A DNA stretch of 42,199 bases from Bigelowiella natans CCMP2755 (taxonomy: Eukaryota; Protista; Cercozoa), in contig ADNK01000139.1 in the NCBI GenBank assembly GCA_000320545.1, positions 1 through 42,199 on the forward strand, given 5' to 3'. Every line of letters begins with the position of its first letter. Position 1 is the stretch's first letter. This document shows positions 29,911-42,199 of this stretch, one piece after another. A model generated the notes under the pieces. That model had not been told where the DNA came from, ran no database searches, and was given only the letters and a program-made list of their open reading frames with translations. The position numbers were made by a program, and so were the translations under genes.

Positions 29911-31028
29911 ATGCTTTCGCAGGAAGGAACCCCCCCTCCGAGCCCTCCGAACGAAGAATTATCGCAACAGCAAGAGCTTTTTCAACAGGCAATATACCAC
30001 ACAAGGGAAACAAAAAATGAAACCCTTGAGATCAAGATCACCCAAGCGTATAAGGAATGGCAGGCGTTGCTACAGGAGAAAGACCAGGGGGAGAGGGAGC
30101 TTGACGTCATGGACAAGAAGATTCAGTACGATTACTTCAGATGAATAACCCCAAAACAAGCCAGTTCTTCGTTTACACTTCGTCATCATTATCAACTACT
30201 TAGGAAAATGAAAATGGAGGTTGGCAGGTTAGGCCTATCTCGACGGTACGGCGTAGCATGCCGAAGGGTCACGGACCGAACCTCCGCTTACGACTTTGTC
30301 TCCGCAGCGAAAGTAATGCATAAGAGTAATGTCAAAATAGGATTATTTTATCAGTTATTGTTATTATTAGTTGCAGTAGTGGCGTAGTGAGGGAAGAAGT
30401 AGAATAATGATCTCGAAGTTATATCTTGTTCAAATGGGTGTCGTCAATTTAGTTGCTAGGTCCCTTAAAGATGGTATTAAAGACTCACCTCAGAGAGGGG
30501 GGGGAAGAGGGAAATGTCGTCGAAACTGCAAACGTTGTACTACAACCGCGTCAAATTAAGAAGATGAAGGTCTGGCTGAAAAATATTCCAAATCAAAATG
30601 TGTATTTTATCGGTAAGACTATTGCTGCTACCATATTTCCCATCAGAGTAAGCTGAATAGCCTGCAGAGATCCATTATTGAAGGTGATTATCATAGATCC
30701 TTGTTTGATCTTTGGTATTCGTTTATTATTCACCCTCTTCGGACGTGTGTCTGCAGGTTTAGAAAGCCTTGCGAAAGACGTGCAATTTCTGAGTCAAAAT
30801 GATGACGACGACGTAACCTTTGCCAATGCTCATCCTCCTCGCCTGAAAGATTTCTTGAGTAATTTTGGGACAACGGTAGAGAGGAGTAGCGCCAAGGCAT
30901 TTTATACTATTCGGATCAAATCAACTAAATGCGAAGAAGATGGTCATTCTGATGATGATAATGTCACCACTGCTGAGGATGTGATAAGCGCGGCTCTTGA
31001 TTTAGGACAGGAGTCTACTGTGTATAGG

Positions 31029-31063
<35 letters not shown>

Positions 31064-33460
31064 TAATAGAGGTGTAGTAGTAGTAGTAGTAGTTGTAGTA
31101 GGAGAGGTAGTTGCGGTGCAAAAATGGCACTGTACGTCTCCTCCCCTTCCTCCTCCTCCTCTTCCTCCCTATCTACCTCATCTTTTTAAATCATACGTTT
31201 CACCCTCCTCCTCCTCCTCCTCCTACTACTACTACTACTACTACTATTACTACTACTACTCCATACAGGTGTATACGGCATTTTGCAGAGCGAATCGATA
31301 GAGAGGTATTGATTCGGTGTAGTAGTAGTAGTAGTAGTAGTAGTAGTACAGATTATACAGCAGCGTAGTGTGATTTGGGGGAAGTTAGGGATAATGTTCC
31401 AACATCATCATCAGGCAAGGAGAAAGGAATGTGATTGTTTCTCATCACCATCACCACCATCATCACCACCATTCCCAAAAGCAACACAGTAACTGACTTC
31501 TTACTGCACAGGGAATAACTATGCTTCTTCCTCTTCCTCCTGCTCGTTATCATATTGAACAATATGATGATGATGGTGGCAATGATGATGATGATGATTC
31601 GTTCATTAGGTTATTAAACCAATGATAACATCTTTTCGTGAAAGTCCATTGTTCCGAGCTCACATTTCACGGCGCTCTCTGCCCACTTGCCCACTGGCCA
31701 ATCATACAGTCGTCATCGATGGTGATGATGATGATGGCGGTGCTGCTGCAATTCCTGCATTGGAGGATTGGATCAAAAGCGGCGCATTGGAGGAAACCAG
31801 CAGCACAACAAACGACGAGTCTACGCCGTCCCCTCGTGATGATGATGATGATGACGATGACGGTGATGATGATGATGATGATTATAGCCACAACGCCACC
31901 AACAAAGCGCGGTCATTATCAATGAAGAGGAAGGAAGTCAAGGAGACAGCTTCTCCGTTTCAGATGTGGAAGATCTTCCGCGGCACTAACCCTGGTGACG
32001 ATGATTATGATGGTGGTGGTAGTAGTAGTAGTAGTGGTAAGTCATCATCTTCCTCCATAATGTTAGCGATATATGAGCTACTACCATTCTCTTCATCATC
32101 ATCATCATCAGCTGATGACGATCATGTGGCTAATAATGATAAGAATGGAGATCATAAAGATGATCATCATAAGAAGGGGGCATTTAATGCTGCTGCATGT
32201 GAACATCAACAACTACTACGACAACAAGCAGAATCATCATCATCAACAACAACAACGACGACGACGATGATGATGAGGATGATGTCAAGGTTTATGAAAG
32301 ACTTGGCAGAAGTAGTGGTTGAGGCTGGTTGCTCAGGTATAGGAAGAACAAGAAGAAGAAGAAGATGCAGCAACAGCAAAGAGAGCAAGTGCGAAGAAGG
32401 ATCAATTATGGAAGCTATGGTCTGTAGCATCGTAGTAGTAGTAGTGGTTGTAGCAGTAAAGACGTTATAGGCACTATCACTGAATGTGGTTTCTCTCTCT
32501 TTCTCCCCCCCCCCCAACCCCCCCTCCTTTTTGTTCTCTCTGTGTGTGTGTGTGTGTGTGTATGTGTGCTTTCATCATCATCATCATCATCATCATCATC
32601 GTTGGTAGGGATTTGCTATTTCAGGAAGAATAGAAAATATGCTTGTCTCCAAGGTAGGTAGATAGTAGGTGGTGATTGGTGATTAAAAAATAACGACAAC
32701 CATTGAAGAATCAATCATTACTCTTCTCAGTGTAGTGGTGGTGGTGGTAGTAGTAGTAGTACGTTATAATAAATTCAGCAATCTTGTTGTTGGTTGTCCG
32801 GTGTTGGTACTCGGTGCTACTACTAGGTGTTGATACCCTCCATGCCAATACACGTGAGGGACCTGCATGGGTTCCAGAGCACTGCTTCTCTGTGCTTAAG
32901 AGAATATCGAGCAAGGTGGGAGATGGCAGGGCTGGCTGTTCCTGGAGGAATGACGCTCAAAGAAGCAAATCGGTTGGTCGTCGTTTCAACAAGATAAGAT
33001 GACATAATCACTGATCAAAATATTAACTAATATGGTTCTTTATTCTGTATCTTTCCTCCTTTCTTCCTCTCTTCTTCTTCCTCTTTTTTAGGAAACGTGT
33101 AAGCAAATCAATAGATCAGTGGTTGTCTGGGATTGAAATAGGAGGTGATGATGTCGTAGAAAGGATGCATACAATTTACTGCTGCTGCTGCATTTACCGG
33201 ATAGAATTATCATGGTAATAACCAATTGATGATGATGCACTGAGCGGTGTTTATGCTACTGCTGCTGCTACTACGATCATCATCAGGGCGAGAAGAACGG
33301 AGATATGATTCCACTGATATTGTCAATTTCGCGACAAAAGAAGGGCTTATGGACGAAATACCGGAGGAGATCTACCGTCGTTACGTTGAAGCAAAGCACA
33401 AAATCGGTTGGTAGTTCTGTGTTGTTGCCTTACCAGTGATTCAATTGTGTTTATGTGTGC

Positions 33461-33497
<37 letters not shown>

Positions 33498-35822
33498 CTG
33501 CTGCTGCTGCTGCTGCTGCTGCTTCTTCTGTAGATGATGGAAGAATTTATAAAAGAGCGACGAATGATGTTAAACATTTTTATTTTCTTAATCATTTTCT
33601 TCAATATCTTCAGGAAGTGAGAAGGCACATACTGCTAAGGCATCATCATCATCAGCAGCAGCAGCAGCAGCGATTAATCATTTTGGCAGTGGTTCTGGTT
33701 TAGGCACTAATATTACCACTACTACTGAATCCCCCCCCCTTCCTGATACAATCAAGGAATTTCCAGGACAAATTCCACGGTTATTCATGAATAGATGCCA
33801 AGTTACTTTGCTGGGAGCAGCAAGAGCAATCATTGCACGATGTGGATATGAAGAAGTGACCATAGTCAACAACAACAACTACAACAAACCTTGCTACATT
33901 AATACCACCATCAACAGCGGCAGCAGCAGTGGTGGTGGTGGTGATGAAGATAGTACCAGTATAATTCTTGGCAAGTTTGAACAAGAATCATGGGGAATAC
34001 TCAGCGCACATGGCGATAAGGGTAGTAGCAGCATCAGTAGTAGTAGTAGGAGGAGGAGTGCTGATGGTGGCAATCGGACGACGATGACGACGAAGAACAA
34101 AAAGAATCAGACAAAAACAACAACAACAACAACAACAACAAGAAGAAGAATATCAAGAACAAGACCCTTACAGATATCAGAAGACATGTTACGTCTGGTA
34201 CAACTTCTGTACGGCATATGCAGCCTAGCAGAGGAGGCGAAGAAGAGCATATCATCATCATCATCGATCATGGAATCAAAGGACGACGAGGAGGAAAGAA
34301 ATCAGGAGGAACAAAAAGTAGAATCAGCGTCGATAATGAAGATCGCAGTACAGGTTGTGCAGCTGTATATTGCACTTACTTTACCAACGTTCAACAATCA
34401 ATTGGCTACTTCCAATTTTTGTGCCAGCAGAAGAGGTAGTAGTAGTAGTAGTAGATTGATATTTACGCAGTCGTTATAATGTATCTAATATAAAAGCATC
34501 ATAGTTAGTTTTTGATACTACTACTAATTTCAATAATAGCTGCCTGACTACTACTAGTAGTAGCTTTTCGTATATCGTGTTTTCAATATGAATGTGTTAA
34601 AACTGCTTCTTTCTCTAAACACTATAAACCAACATAACTACTACTGCTATCTAATATATCAATCATATTAATCATGATTTTCATGTCTACAATACATAAC
34701 AGCGGCAATAATTCGAAACGATACGATATTTCTTGCTGGGCATCTTGCATCTTTGCACAAGTTCTTTGCTTCTGCTGAAGTGAGGAGGAAGATGAGAAGA
34801 AAGCAATGGAATATGAAGAGTAGTGAGAAGCTGACGATAAGGAGTGGAAGAGCTCTTCGATTAATAGATCTTATCCCTCCTGTAAAGGCACTAGGAACCC
34901 GTGTGTTCTCTTTACAACTGGATCGTTTACATGCCCTTGCTACCGCAGTTCTACTTCCAATAGTCTCCACACACCATAACAACACGCTCACAAACCTTCA
35001 GATTGCAGCAAGGTATCGAGAATGTCGAGAGAGTGTTGCAGAAGCATTGGAGATTCCCCAGAGATTAGCTACTGCGTGGGGTCCTCCTCCTCCTCGTATT
35101 AGTAATAATAATACCTCCAAAGGAGGCGGTTGCGGTTGTGTAATGCCCTCCAAAGCAAGTTGCTTCATCATTGGAAAATTCCTGGAGATGACTATGGAAA
35201 GCTTGGTTAATGGGACTTTGATGGCGAAAGATATATCACAAGAGTGTGCAGCAAGGATACGCACTTTGATGATACAAACAATCGAAACCATCCGTAAGAT
35301 CAATTTTCTGTACAGTGAAGATAATAAGGGAGAAGGAAACTATCATCGCAAAATTAGGGAGGGGGAAGATAATCTTCAGCAGGAAGGAGTTTATCAGTAT
35401 TTAGATTCGTATGGAAAGGCTATGGCCCTTTTCCGTATTCTCGATGAAGATCAAACATTGAATTCAGTTAGGAGAGCGTACAACCAAGGATATCTCCTTG
35501 CTCTTAATCCAGGAGAAATAAAGAATGTTATTAAGGTACGAACGTTCATCTTTTCCATACATTATAACACAAGTTGTAGAAATTCCATCTCAATATATTG
35601 CATGTCAATGCCATACAGCATTATGTTTCGTGACACTTTCAATAAAATCCAAGTTTTGCTAGTTAAATTTAATGGCATCAAAGATTGAACACTTGTGTTT
35701 GATAATCTGTTTAGGCAATCTGGACCAAATCCCCAAAACGCGAAGCTCTCCTTGCAACAATTTCACAGCTACCATCAAATATTCCGTCGTCATTCTCATC
35801 TAGCATAAGTGTTGAAATTTAA
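29911..35822 (+). CDS. ZW10: ZW10/Dsl1 kinetochore and ER-tethering protein homologue with long low-complexity insertions (5' exons uncertain)
   Basis: C-terminal half follows the ZW10 motif order: RCQVTLLGAARAII, LQISEDMLRLVQL, RNDTIFLAGHL, LIDLIPPVKALGTRVFSLQL, IGKFLE...KDISQECAARI, EIKNVIK/AIWTKSPKREALLATI. Last exon 35715-35822. Confidence 0.8.
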
Positions 35823-36726
35823 TAATCTGATGCTTTATACCCACCTTGCATGATACAATAGTTATATTCACACAGTTCTAGCAATAGAGCTGCGGCATAG
35901 ACATAGCGTGTAACTTTATACTCATAAATGTGCATTGCAGAAGTTACAGCTAATTTTATGTACGATAGCAGCGCTGTACTCTGCACAAACTTGTTAATGC
36001 TATTTTGTGGCGTTATTCTAGTATTCGTCATGGAGTTAATCGTGACTGCTAATGTCATGCCTTCGCCCGACAATTGTTGGTAGGCTGTGATCATTGCGTG
36101 ATGCACTGGTTTATCGTCAATCATTGCTGAATAAGTCTAGGATTTTGCTGTGCATGTGAGCACATGTGCATGCATGCCTAAAACACATTTTTGTGTGGAC
36201 TGTGGCCCTTTCTAGCTTTGACACCACATTACAGAAAAGAAATCGAAGTGCGCTGTAACTGACGGCTAGACGGCTGTTGCTCCATGATCGACCCTGCTGC
36301 GTACATGTTTAAAAACATCCGAGCGCAATCGATGCATGCATGCAAGTGTGATGAGCTTGTACGTAAAACAATATTGTTACACACTAACGCTGCTTTGCAC
36401 AGCTACATGAGGATGACCATTGAACAAATTTAATTGATTAATGACATATCCGTCTTACACTAACCCGTTTTTGCCTGCTTCGATCTAGCGATGTCATCGT
36501 CTGCCGCGCGCGTGTGTGCATCTCAAATACTCATGCGGAGGACATAGTGTCGTGCTCATGGTACGCGTGTGTTCAGCGCGCTCAGTGAAGACTAATCACA
36601 TTCTTGTAATTTGTGTCATAATCCGTTATTACTAAAACTGATTTAACATTACACATAATGACACCCACAACACATGGTTCCTACAAATTACAAATGATGA
36701 TGATGATGATGATGATATCTATTTGA

Positions 36727-37384
36727 TCATATCATTGTGTTGAATAAATTTAGTGAAGAAACTAAATCACTTCCAGTAAAGGCAAAACTATGGACCAGCC
36801 TCTGGTGCGTAAATCCAGTCGTATTATCTCTAGATTGTGGTATTATTCCTAATATCTCAGAAACTGCTACAGAGATCTTCGACTGACAAGTTTCTTCTTC
36901 TTCTTCAGCTCCTACTACTATCTAATCTATCTATCTATATATTTTCGTTATCATTAATTATTTACTGCTATATATTGGTACTGAACGACTGACTGAGTGA
37001 CTTGATGCAATAGCATGAGATCGTACAAAATCATCGACAGCTTCTTCATACACACGTGCTGTTTTCCCGTAATTCGATTTCTATCCTCCTACTTGCCGTA
37101 GTAGCACCACATGGTTCTTCTTCTCATTGTTATTATGATGATGATTATTATTATCTCATGCGGTTGCTGCTTTGCCGTAACAGACTTTGAAAAGCTCACA
37201 AACAGTAACGTCTCTGAGCATTATGGTGGTGGTTGTGTGTGCTCTTAGAAGAGAAGTATCAAGAGAAACAACCGAATATCTCTAATACTAATAATATGTT
37301 GCATAATAAGCTATAATATGGCAGCACACTAGACATCTCCATAATAATGACGAAGACGACGTTGCGAATAATCATAATGGTTTG

Positions 37385-37422
<38 letters not shown>

Positions 37423-38212
37423 TTCTCCATCTACTACTACTTACTGATCTATAGGGCCAAAGCGAATCTCTTTTGCATTCAAGATAGCTCTTAAGTGTAG
37501 CTGTAGGTCATAATACTAGATCATGGATATAATATCTCCACAAACAATCCTCATTATCAATCCCTGCCACCCTCCTCCTCCTCATCATCATCATCATCAT
37601 GATCATGATAATGGTAGAATGCATGTAGTGTTGGTTATAATATCCTACCTTTGCATCTCCGTGATTTGGAGTAGTGAAAGGCACTACAACAAACCCATCC
37701 TTTCTGTGATCATGATATATATATATATATATATATATAAATTTATGATGGATGAGGAATCATAGATGATGGATCATGGATCAAGATCTTTCTTTTCCTC
37801 TTGTTCCTCTCCTTTTCCATGCTATTTTTTATCAATATTTATTGCTGTTTACCCATCTCCTGCAAGATCTCCTACATTTACAACCAATCTAAAGACCACG
37901 ATGATGACACATCAAAATGATACTAACTTAGTTCCAATGCTATGATAAAAACAAATGGCGAGTGGAGAAGGGACGAATCAAGAAGTTATATTTGAAGATG
38001 CATTCAATCACTATTATCATCATCACCATCTGATATTATTGCTGCAACTACCTATATGGCGCACCAGCCCTTATGTTGTTAGAAATCACTGTTACCTTTA
38101 GTAGGTAATTTTACGATGATGATGATGATGATGATGATTATTATTATTATTATTAGAGTAGCAGCAGCAGCAGCAGTAGTAGTAGTAGCAGTACGTGGAC
38201 AACATAGAATCA

Positions 38213-38250
<38 letters not shown>

Positions 38251-39315
38251 GGTGCAGTAGTTGGAAAGAGATGTAGGAACGTGTGAAAGAAGAAGAAGAA
38301 GAAGAGAGCAGAGTGGAAGAATGAGAGATTAGATGTGCAGATCTCATCACCATTACTGATATATGGCTACATATCAGCTCATTATTTAGAAATACTATAG
38401 TAACGCCTCCTCCTTCTCCTTTTCATCATCATTATCACATCATAATATGCTCTTGTTTGTTTACTACTTGTCCTGGAGTAGAATGCCATTTATGATCATG
38501 ATCTACATCCTCCTGCTCTTCCTCGTTGTTGTTGTTGTTGTTACCGGCTCCCTTCCTTTCTCTTCTTCTTCTGTAACCACCACCACCCACAATGCTACTA
38601 ATACGTCGTTGAACAGTCCCATCCTCCTGAAGTTGCTCTATATATCCCCTCAGATTCCGTGTATAGTCGTTCACAATCATAATCTGTTATGAACAACATA
38701 ATAGCATATTAGTAGTAGTAGCAATTGTCAAGGCAATGCCATTCTCCTACTTCAACATTTACATAATCACTCTTATCTAACAGCGGCAGCAACAACAATT
38801 ATTACTACTGTAACTACCTGAGTAGACTGTGCCCGGGAACTTGTTCCTGCCTCCGTGTTTATGAACGTTATCTGTATCATCATCAGCGACAAGTAGAATC
38901 ATTTATTATCCTTCTCTTTTATGGGAACTATTTGGCGTCGTTGCTACAACAACAACAACAACTACTACTACTACTACTACACTTACGATGCATACTTACT
39001 TCTACTGCCATAATAATAATAATGAGGAGTAAAAGCTGTTGTTATAATGAATGCATGCATCATCACCATGTTCTTATTATCGATAGATGATGATGATCCT
39101 CCTGATCCTCCCCCTTGTCCATCGATATTGCTAGAAAGAATGCCACTGCTGCTTATCATCATCTTAGATCTTCCTGCCGTGCCCCCACCTTATAGCACCA
39201 CCACCACCACCACCACCAGCAGCAGAAGAAGAAGAAGAAGAAGAAAAAGAGATTGTGATAAGCGTGCTCCTTTGTTCGTACATAATTGTTTTATGTATGT
39301 GTTGTGAGTGTATGT

Positions 39316-39357
<42 letters not shown>

Positions 39358-39636
39358 GTGGTGGTGGTGGTGGCGGTGGTGATGGTGGTGAGATTTATTA
39401 CTTGTATTTCGTGTCAGGGCGCCATATCGTCTTCGTCGTCGTCGCCATTGTTGTCTGAATCAGCGATGAAACCACCACCACCACCACCACCACCAGCAGC
39501 AGCAGCAAAAAGAGGAAGTAATGAAAGAAGGAAGGATAATAACACCTCTGTTATCATTATCATCATCGTCATTACAATTTTGCTGCAGTATCTTTGTGTA
39601 GTATCTAAAGTGTACAAAGATGATGCGGTCCTGCTC

Positions 39637-39673
<37 letters not shown>

Positions 39674-40781
39674 CTGATAATTGATGGCAATACTACTCAA
39701 TATATCTAGTTTTTTTTTATGTGTGTTTTGCCGCTGTATTCTCTTGCTGCATTATTCTCATGTAGCATTAACAAACAAGCGGAGCATGAAACTACTCTCC
39801 TTCTTACCGATTTCCTCCTCCTCCTTCCCCTCCTAATCCTCCCAATTTACTGCTGGTGCCTTTGCCGTTGGGTCCTCCTGATTGGATTGGATTGATGATT
39901 TAACGGATCATATTCAGCAGAAACTACAGTGTAGTACTATCAACTAGTAATAATGAAATGTATATCAAGTTGTTGCCCAACCATCATCCATCCTAACTTA
40001 ATTATATATATATATATACATATACATATACATATACACATATATTGAGTTGTATTCCGCTTGCTGCTGCTGCTCTATACTATTACTGTTAGTGGTACAA
40101 CCCTACCGACAATAGAAGAAGAAGTATTAGTAGTGGTAGTAACAGGCCCCAGAAGTAGATCTAATTCTGTTGAAGCTACTGCGTGGTGCTGCTATATATC
40201 ATCAAGCAGAACCAGTAGTAGTAGTAGTAGAACCACCACACAAACAACATACAACAACAACAAAGGGAGAAGAGGAAAGGAGAATGCGGTTATGAACGAC
40301 GAAAGTGGAGAATGATGATGATGATGATGAGGAGGAGGATGAGGATGAATATGCTAAAGCAACAGTTTAGATTTTGAACGACTATGTTCTCATAGCTGTA
40401 ACATTCTCATCATCATCATTTTCATCACACTCCTTCTCATCCTCAAACACACAATCCCTTATTACATCTTCATCTTCTGTGACAAAAAGCTTTTGCCAGC
40501 CCGTGCTTCCTTTTGTTTTTGGAAAAGGAGATTATTACATACCATCTTTCACATGATAAGCGATGTTGTTACTACAATTTATCATCACTTCCACAACCAA
40601 ATATATACTACTTCTAATCGAGAATCTACTACCACCACCAGCAGCACCACCCAATTATACGATGAATTATTGTGTGTGTGAAACAATAATACATTATGAG
40701 CAGCAGCTCACCTAGATTGGTCATGAAGATCAACCCTGTCCATCCCCTTTCACCAGCAGCAGCACCGACGATACCAACCAA

Positions 40782-40819
<38 letters not shown>

Positions 40820-42128
40820 ACGAAGCAAAGCATTATTAACTTACTACTTTTGCTACTATTACTACTACTACTCGTACTACCATTTTCCCACTGTCTCCAG
40901 ATATATCGTCTGACCACCGAAACACAAACAATACAACAATAATAACAATAATATGCATATGCACCACTAACGTGCAAGTATGGGGGAAGGAAGTGTGAAT
41001 ACCATGTATGAAAAAGCAACCATTAATTACCATCATTATCATCATCATGAGCATCATCATCATCATCATCAGCTCTATTGTTACTACCAAATACTACTAC
41101 TACTATTCTCATCATCGTCATCATCGTCATCATCATCATTATCATCTTCATTGCAGATATTTTCCATCCGTGCCATCATAACCACCACCTGCAAAATGAA
41201 GTCCCTCTGCTGTGCTTCTTGGGAGCTAATGACAACAAAAACAACAACAACAGCAATAACAATAACGAATGAGCAGCACCATATCAAGAAATGACTTGAA
41301 TGATGATGATGATGAACAAGAAGAAGAACTATGTAACATAACATCACGATACACAGAAGGTGGCAACAAGCTACTACCTCATTCGTGCATCTTTGCCAAG
41401 GAACAAAAGGTCTAGTACCTTTTTGTCATATCAATATGGATGATGGTGATAATGATGATTTAACGAGAAGTACAAGTACAACAAAAAATTAGAAGTCCAA
41501 TGGTAATGATATATGTAGTAGTATATATCGATGTATGTTGTACCACTGATGTCTCAGATTGAATGTTATCTGTTATTCCTGTAAATTTATGATGATGCAA
41601 CGGTGATGAGATGATGATAAGGACGAAAGGAATATAATATCAAGGCTCGTTGCTATATTTGCGGGGATCTTCCTCCTCCTAGAATGAATTATTTCTAGTA
41701 CCCAACAATTGATTCAGGAACCCAAGGAATATCAAATACTCTGGGAATACCTATTATTATTATCATCATCACCATCATCATCATCACTATTATATTTTTC
41801 CTTTTTTTGGTTTATCATCATCATTATTATTTTTCACTAAAAGAAGAGAGAAGATCCATCCATCTAAGCGAAGCACTCATTTCTTGCTATCGTCATCATA
41901 GTCGTCGTTAATGGTCTCATTGTTGTTGTTATTGTTGTTACTATTCTTCTTTTTCTATTTGATCTTACATTCCACTGATCTAGATGCAGCACCAAGACTT
42001 GCTCCATTTGAGACAGCTTGGCAAACACCACCACCACCTACGTGAAGAAGAAGAAGAAGAAGAAGAAGAAGAAGAAGGAGGAGGCGATGATAATGATGGA
42101 TGATGGAGACAATTCGACAATGGAGGTG

Positions 42129-42159
<31 letters not shown>

Positions 42160-42199
42160 GTTACTTCATCATCAATGAGATAGTACGATAACCGACCGA
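36727..42199 (-). CDS. 3' portion of a large multi-exon hypothetical gene (continues beyond window)
   Basis: Short minus-strand exons join in phase across microsatellite introns: VTVISNNIRAGAPYR/LVVNVGDLAGDG/KDGFVVVPFTTPNHGDAK/LHLRAILNAKEIRFGPID. A terminal exon ends ...LVSSLNLFNTMI*. Family not recognised. Confidence 0.55.
38216..38248. repeat. Intronic (TA)n microsatellite
   Basis: Intact tatata run inside the minus-strand gene. Confidence 0.9.

Noticed and set aside
37523-41347. Many 60-130 aa ORFs with homopolymer runs
   Set aside because: Produced by stop-free trinucleotide and dinucleotide repeats, mostly in introns or antisense to the minus-strand gene.
36727-42199. VPS13-like identity for the last gene
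   Set aside because: Only a vague resemblance of beta-rich fragments; no diagnostic motif seen.

Overview
Eukaryotic nuclear DNA: GT-AG spliced genes with microsatellite-filled introns. A signal-peptide plus R/S-rich leader on a plastid-type protein suggests an alga with a secondary plastid, possibly a chlorarachniophyte (inference). Genes recognised: a 15-exon gene (1626-6716) that splices into one ~803-aa protein with two complete type I-alpha DAHP synthase domains; a near-intronless two-TM protein with a DUF1523-like module; an F-box protein; a secreted EGF + GH43-like propeller; a CxxC..HxxC protein; an SRPBCC cyclase/dehydrase; a cationic amino acid transporter; a ZW10 homologue; and the 3' part of a large minus-strand gene. 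The most striking signal is non-coding. Spacers downstream of gene 3' ends are depleted of TpA and rich in TG/CA: 10610-11298 has no TA in ~690 bp while CpG is retained, and 9 of 10 surviving TAs in 20701-21050 are in CTAG. This points to a context-specific TpA->TpG/CpA (A-to-G) hypermutation process, the mirror image of fungal RIP. All counts and splice models were made by hand; no database searches were run.
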